A DNA stretch of 10,498 nt. Source: a virus (lineage: Duplodnaviria; Heunggongvirae; Uroviricota; Caudoviricetes). The stretch is from the IMG/VR virus record IMGVR_UViG_3300001567_000141; one strand, 5' to 3'. Positions 6,884 through 10,498 of this stretch are shown in pieces (position 1 is the first letter of the stretch; each line of letters begins with the position of its first letter). A program made the translations under genes and the position numbers. The notes below the pieces were generated by a model. The model was not told the origin of the DNA. It ran no database searches and saw only the letters and a program-made list of their open reading frames with translations.

Positions 6884-7291
6884 ATGGAAACAAAAAATTT
6901 AACTATCGGCGAACGCATCAGGTATCGTCGGAAAAACCTCAAACACACCCAAAGGTCTCTTGCTAAAGCCCTGAAAATCTCCCATGTGTCTGTATCACAA
7001 TGGGAACGGGGTGATAGTGAACCTACAGGGAAGAACCTTTTTGCCCTCAGTAAAGTATTGCAATGCTCACCAACATGGATTCTATTTGGCGATGAAGACA
7101 AGCAACCAACACCACCTGTTGAGAAGCCAGTTGCCTTATCCCCCAAAGAACTAGAGCTCCTTGAGCTGTTTAATGCACTGCCAGAATCAGAACAGGATAC
7201 CCAGCTCGCCGAAATGCGAGCTCGAGTAAAAAACTTCAATAAACTCTTTGAAGAATTACTAAAAGCCCGTCAGCGGACAAATAAAAGATAA
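6884..7291 (+). CDS. dicA: HTH (XRE-family) repressor of the division-inhibition operon, DicA (135 aa)
   Basis: ORF 6884..7291; product METKNLTIGERIRYRRKNLKHTQRSLAKALKISHVSVSQWERG... has a lambda-cI/P22-c2-like HTH. Confidence 0.9.
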   Translation: METKNLTIGERIRYRRKNLKHTQRSLAKALKISHVSVSQWERGDSEPTGKNLFALSKVLQCSPTWILFGDEDKQPTPPVEKPVALSPKELELLELFNALPESEQDTQLAEMRARVKNFNKLFEELLKARQRTNKR

Positions 7292-7328
7292 CATCATCAA
7301 TGAGTTATCTTTTACCACATCAATTATG

Positions 7329-7380
7329 TTAGCTATAGCATACAAAATCACTTGACCGATATGTTAGTCATGGCTAATCT
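7329..7380 (+). promoter_or_regulatory. Candidate dicB-operon promoter with embedded operators
   Basis: TTGACC (7352..7357) -N17- TAATCT (7375..7380) with palindrome TTAGT-CATG-GCTAA (7364..7377) in the spacer and a degenerate copy TTAGC-TATA-GCATA (7329..7342) upstream. Confidence 0.45.
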
Positions 7381-7457
7381 TGTTTGCATCAACACACCGC
7401 ACGGTGTTCTCAGCAAACAGTTCCGCTACCCCAGCGTTAAGGGGAAATGAGGTCAGC

Positions 7458-7613
7458 ATGGATACTATCGATCTTGGCAACAACGAATCTCTGGTGTACG
7501 GCGTGTTTCCAAACCAGGACGGCACGTTCACCGCAATGACGTATACCAAAAGCAAAACGTTTAAAACCGAAAATGGTGCCCGTCGCTGGCTGGAAAGAAA
7601 CTCAGGTGAGTGA
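7458..7613 (+). CDS. ydfA: Small protein YdfA (51 aa), function unknown
   Basis: In frame within track ORF 7380..7613; ATG 7458-7460 with GAGG 5 nt upstream; MDTIDLGNNESLVYGVFPNQDG... Confidence 0.8.
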   Translation: MDTIDLGNNESLVYGVFPNQDGTFTAMTYTKSKTFKTENGARRWLERNSGE

Positions 7614-7614
7614 T

Positions 7615-7743
7615 ATGGATTTCGACACAATCATGGAAAAGGCTTACGAAGAATACTTCGAAGGCCTTGCCGAAGGCGAAGAAGCTCTCAGCTTCAGTGA
7701 GTTTAAACAGGCGCTTTCCAGTTCGGCAAAATCTAACGGCTGA
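7615..7743 (+). CDS. ydfB: Small acidic protein YdfB (42 aa)
   Basis: Not in ORF track; ATG 7615-7617 one nt after the ydfA stop, AGGTGAG upstream; translated codon by codon to MDFDTIMEKAYEEYFEGLAEGEEALSFSEFKQALSSSAKSNG, stop TGA 7741-7743. Confidence 0.8.
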   Translation: MDFDTIMEKAYEEYFEGLAEGEEALSFSEFKQALSSSAKSNG

Positions 7744-7772
7744 TAAGCGAAACAGCACCGCGAGGAATCAGT

Positions 7773-7991
7773 ATGCAGAAACGAGAACCCGTCATCATCG
7801 CGCCAGACTATACCGATGATGAACTTTATGAGTGGATGCGCCAGAAAATTAATGCAGCGCAGGATCTGAAATGGGCTAATGAAGCCAGGGCTAAGCAGGC
7901 TGAAAATCTGTCCGCTCTGGAGCAGGATATCACCAATCTGGAAAAAGCAGCGGCATTAAGCATTGCCAGAATGATTACATACCCGCGTTAG
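7773..7991 (+). CDS. ydfC: Small protein YdfC (72 aa)
   Basis: ORF 7773..7991; ATG with AGGA 6 nt upstream. Confidence 0.85.
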   Translation: MQKREPVIIAPDYTDDELYEWMRQKINAAQDLKWANEARAKQAENLSALEQDITNLEKAAALSIARMITYPR

Positions 7992-8330
7992 TAGCTAATC
8001 AACAAAGCTAAGGTTAGTAATTAAGGAGTTCTCCACGGGTGAGGTGGAGTGCGTGCGCCGGACACGGGTGCGCATCCGGAACTGACAGTTTACTGAAAGG
8101 ATATTTCCCTGAAAAGTCAGACCATAACGCGAAAGCGCATGGCGAGGTAGCTGGTTCATAGATAGCCTGTCGTTAAATTTTCGTCGACCGTGCGCTTCCG
8201 GTTGTGGCAACCCGCGAAATGGCGCGGCGGTAAGTATGGCGGGGTTATTCCTTCCCCGTTGAGGACACCGGGTTGTCAGGTTGACCATACGCTTAAGTGA
8301 CAACCCCGCTGCAACGCCCTCTGTTATCAA

Positions 8331-8388
8331 TTTTCTGGTGACGTTTGGCGGTATCAGTTTTACTCCGTGACTGCTCTGCCGCCCTTTT
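8331..8388 (+). ncRNA. dicF: DicF small regulatory RNA (about 53 nt plus U tail)
   Basis: Sequence TTTTCTGGTGACGTTTGGCGGTATCAGTTTTACTCCGTGACTGCTCUGCCGCC followed by CTTTTT matches DicF as remembered; ends in an intrinsic terminator; exact 5'/3' ends are processing-dependent and uncertain by a few nt. Confidence 0.8.
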
Positions 8389-8558
8389 TAAAGTGAATTT
8401 TGTGATGTGGTGAATGCGGCTGAGCGCACGCGGAACAGTTAAAACCAAAAACAGTGTTATGGGTGGATTCTCTGTATCCGGCGTTAATTGTTAACTGGTT
8501 AACGTCACCTGGAGGCACCAGGCACTGCATCACAAAATTCATTGTTGAGGACGCGATA

Positions 8559-8747
8559 ATGAAAACGTTATTACCAAACGTTAATACGTCTGAAGGTTGT
8601 TTTGAAATTGGTGTCACTATCAGTAACCCAGTATTTACTGAAGATGCCATTAACAAGAGAAAACAAGAACGGGAGCTATTAAATAAAATATGCATTGTTT
8701 CAATGCTGGCTCGTTTACGTCTGATGCCAAAAGGATGTGCACAATGA
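8559..8747 (+). CDS. dicB: Cell-division inhibitor DicB (62 aa)
   Basis: In frame within track ORF 8454..8747; ATG 8559-8561 with GAGG 8 nt upstream; MKTLLPNVNTSEGCFEIGVTISNP... Confidence 0.9.
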   Translation: MKTLLPNVNTSEGCFEIGVTISNPVFTEDAINKRKQERELLNKICIVSMLARLRLMPKGCAQ

Positions 8748-8935
8748 ATTCAGCATTTGTGCTTGTTCTGACAGTTTTTCTTGTTTCCGGAGAGCCAGTT
8801 GATATTGCAGTCAGTGTTCACAGGACAATGCAGGAGTGTATGACTGCAGCAACCGAACAGAAAATTCCCGGTAACTGTTACCCGGTCGATAAAGTTATTC
8901 ACCAGGATAATATCGAAATCCCGGCAGGTCTTTAA
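8744..8935 (+). CDS. ydfD: Small hydrophobic protein YdfD (63 aa), reported lysis-inducing
   Basis: In frame within track ORF 8690..8935; ATG 8744-8746 overlaps the dicB stop (ATGA); AAGGA 8 nt upstream; N-terminal hydrophobic segment NSAFVLVLTVFLVSG. Confidence 0.85.
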   Translation: MNSAFVLVLTVFLVSGEPVDIAVSVHRTMQECMTAATEQKIPGNCYPVDKVIHQDNIEIPAGL

Positions 8936-9027
8936 AACAGTTCCGTAATAAATATCCGGTTTCATTCTTATATGCCAGCAATGGCAGGGATTTGTTCATC
9001 CTTAAATCTGTCATGAGGTTAAAACAA

Positions 9028-9948
9028 ATGAGTAAAGTCTTTATTTGCGCCGCTATTCCTGACGAACTGGCAACAAGGGAAGAAGGCGCTGTGGCTGTAG
9101 CCACAGCCATTGAAGCTGGCGACGAACGCCGTGCTCGAGCAAAATTTCACTGGCAATTCCTGGAACATTATCCGGCTGCTCAGGACTGCGCTTATAAATT
9201 TATTGTCTGCGAGGATAAACCTGGCATACCCCGCCCTGCCCTCGATTCATGGGATGCTGAATATATGCAGGAAAACCGCTGGGATGAGGAGTCTGCTTCT
9301 TTTGTCCCGGTTGAGACTGAATCCGATCCGATGAACGTCACTTTTGACAAGCTGGCCCCTGAAGTACAGAACGCTGTCATGGTTAAGTTCGACACATGTG
9401 AAAACATCACCGTTGATATGGTTATTAGCGCACAGGAATTGTTGCAGGAAGACATGGCAACATTCGACGGACATATCGTTGAAGCGTTGATGAAAATGCC
9501 AGAAGTTAACGCCATGTATCCGGAGCTTAAGTTGCACGCCATTGGGTGGGTTAAGCATAAATGTATTCCTGGTGCTAAATGGCCCGAAATTCAGGCAGAG
9601 ATGCGCATCTGGAAAAAACGTCGCGAAGGTGAACGCAAGGAAACCGGAAAATACACGTCTGTTGTTGATCTCGCCCGCGCCAGAGCCAATCAACAGTACA
9701 CTGAAAATTCAACAGGAAAAATCAGCCCGGTCATTGCTGCCATTCATCGCGAATACAAGCAGACATGGAAAACACTGGATGACGAACTGGCCTATGGGCG
9801 CTGCTTCGCAGACAGGCAGAACTTGATGGTATGCCTGCGATCAATGCCAAACGTGTTTACCGGATCATGCGCCAGAATGCGCTGTTGCTTGAGCGAAAAC
9901 CTGCTGTACCGCCATCGAAACGGGCACATACAGGCAGAGTGGCCGTGA
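9028..9948 (+). pseudogene. ydfE: ydfE, 3'-truncated and running into IS2 sequence out of frame
   Basis: Track ORF 8992..9948 (TTG); ATG 9028-9030 (MSKVFICAAIPDEL...) with AGGT upstream gives 306 aa; native sequence ends near 9795, the last ~51 codons read IS2 DNA in a non-transposase frame. Confidence 0.75.
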
Positions 9949-10487
9949 AAGAAAGCAATCAGCGATGGTGCTCTGACGGGTTCGAGTTCTGCTGTGATAA
10001 CGGAGAGAGACTGCGTGTCACGTTCGCGCTGGACTGCTGTGATCGTGAGGCACTGCACTGGGCGGTCACTACCGGCGGCTTCAACAGTGAAACAGTACAG
10101 GACGTCATGCTGGGAGCGGTGGAACGCCGCTTCGGCAACGATCTTCCGTCGTCTCCAGTGGAGTGGCTGACGGATAATGGTTCATGCTACCGGGCTAATG
10201 AAACACGCCAGTTCGCCCGGATGTTGGGACTTGAACCGAAGAACACGGCGGTGCGGAGTCCGGAGAGTAACGGAATAGCAGAGAGCTTCGTGAAAACGAT
10301 AAAGCGTGACTACATCAGTATCATGCCCAAACCAGACGGGTTAACGGCAGCAAAGAACCTTGCAGAGGCGTTCGAGCATTATAACGAATGGCATCCGCAT
10401 AGTGCGCTGGGTTATCGCTCGCCACGGGAATATCTGCGGCAGCGGGCTTGTAATGGGTTAAGTGATAACAGATGTCTGGAAATATAG
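9795..10487 (+). pseudogene. insD: IS2 transposase InsD, N-terminally truncated (about the last 230 of 301 aa)
   Basis: Track ORF 9831..10487 begins at an internal Met; the same frame is IS2-like back to about 9795 and is closed by a TGA at 9780-9782. Confidence 0.85.
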
Positions 10488-10498
10488 GGGCAAATCCA
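10458..10498. repeat. IS2 right terminal inverted repeat
   Basis: Terminal about 41 bp TAAGTGATAACAGATGTCTGGAAATATAGGGGCAAATCCA. Confidence 0.7.

Larger units (their letters stand above)
9795..10498 (+). mobile_element. IS2 fragment: right-hand ~700 bp including the right terminal inverted repeat
   Basis: From about 9795 the DNA encodes InsD residues [22 protein letters not shown]... through the InsD C-terminus ...[11 protein letters not shown]; window ends ...CTGGAAATATAGGGGCAAATCCA, the IS2 right end as remembered; insC and the 5' part of insD are absent. Confidence 0.85.

Noticed and set aside
6459-7239. ORFs 6459..6674(+) and 6874..7239(-)
   Set aside because: Antisense to ydfX/dicC and dicA respectively
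7364-7819. ORFs 7364..7630(-), 7561..7758(-), 7610..7819(+)
   Set aside because: They overlap ydfA/ydfB/ydfC, which have SD-ATG starts and tight coupling; 7610..7819 starts at GTG in the wrong frame relative to ydfB
7995-8330. 111-aa - strand ORF across the ydfC-dicF spacer
   Set aside because: Antisense to the dicB-operon transcript, Arg/Pro-rich GC-driven frame, no SD; the region is better explained as structured RNA
8360-10058. Antisense or alternative-frame ORFs over dicF/dicB/ydfD/ydfE/IS2 (8360..8695, 8750..8965, 8895..9110, 9110..9334, 9192..9542, 9247..9693, 9542..9826, 9792..10058)
   Set aside because: All overlap recognised genes or the IS2 transposase frame; none has a credible RBS
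1-10498. Search for CRISPR arrays, tRNA/rRNA genes and canonical defence-system genes
   Set aside because: No direct-repeat/spacer periodicity, no tRNA-like or rRNA-like sequence, and no protein resembling restriction-modification, Cas, abortive-infection NTPase or similar families was seen

Overview
This window reads as the early/immunity and Q-proximal part of the cryptic lambdoid prophage Qin of an Escherichia coli K-12-like genome. Every call rests on recognising protein and RNA sequences from memory and on manual codon indexing; no database search was run. Gene order, left to right: cspB(-), cspF(+), quuQ(-), ydfU(-), an unnamed 92-aa ORF(-), rem(-), hokD(-), relE(-), relB(-), ydfV(+), flxA(+), intK remnant(-), ydfX(-), dicC(-), dicA(+), ydfA(+), ydfB(+), ydfC(+), DicF sRNA(+), dicB(+), ydfD(+), ydfE(+, truncated), then the right-hand ~700 bp of IS2 (partial insD), whose terminal inverted repeat ends exactly at the last base of the window. 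The ORF track omits genes under about 60 aa; hokD, ydfA, ydfB, dicB and ydfD were recovered by hand, and several track ORFs begin at GTG/TTG upstream of the real start. There is no CRISPR array, tRNA, rRNA or recognisable restriction-modification or other canonical defence system. Most of the locus is well described, so the hunt yields modest candidates rather than a clear new system: ydfU carries two tandem HNH-like motifs and is translationally coupled to an unnamed Cys/His-containing ORF; a 13-bp perfect long-range inverted repeat brackets the dicF-dicB spacer; the ydfC-dicF spacer is structured and non-coding; and a TTAG(Y)-N4-(R)CTAA palindrome recurs four times around dicA.
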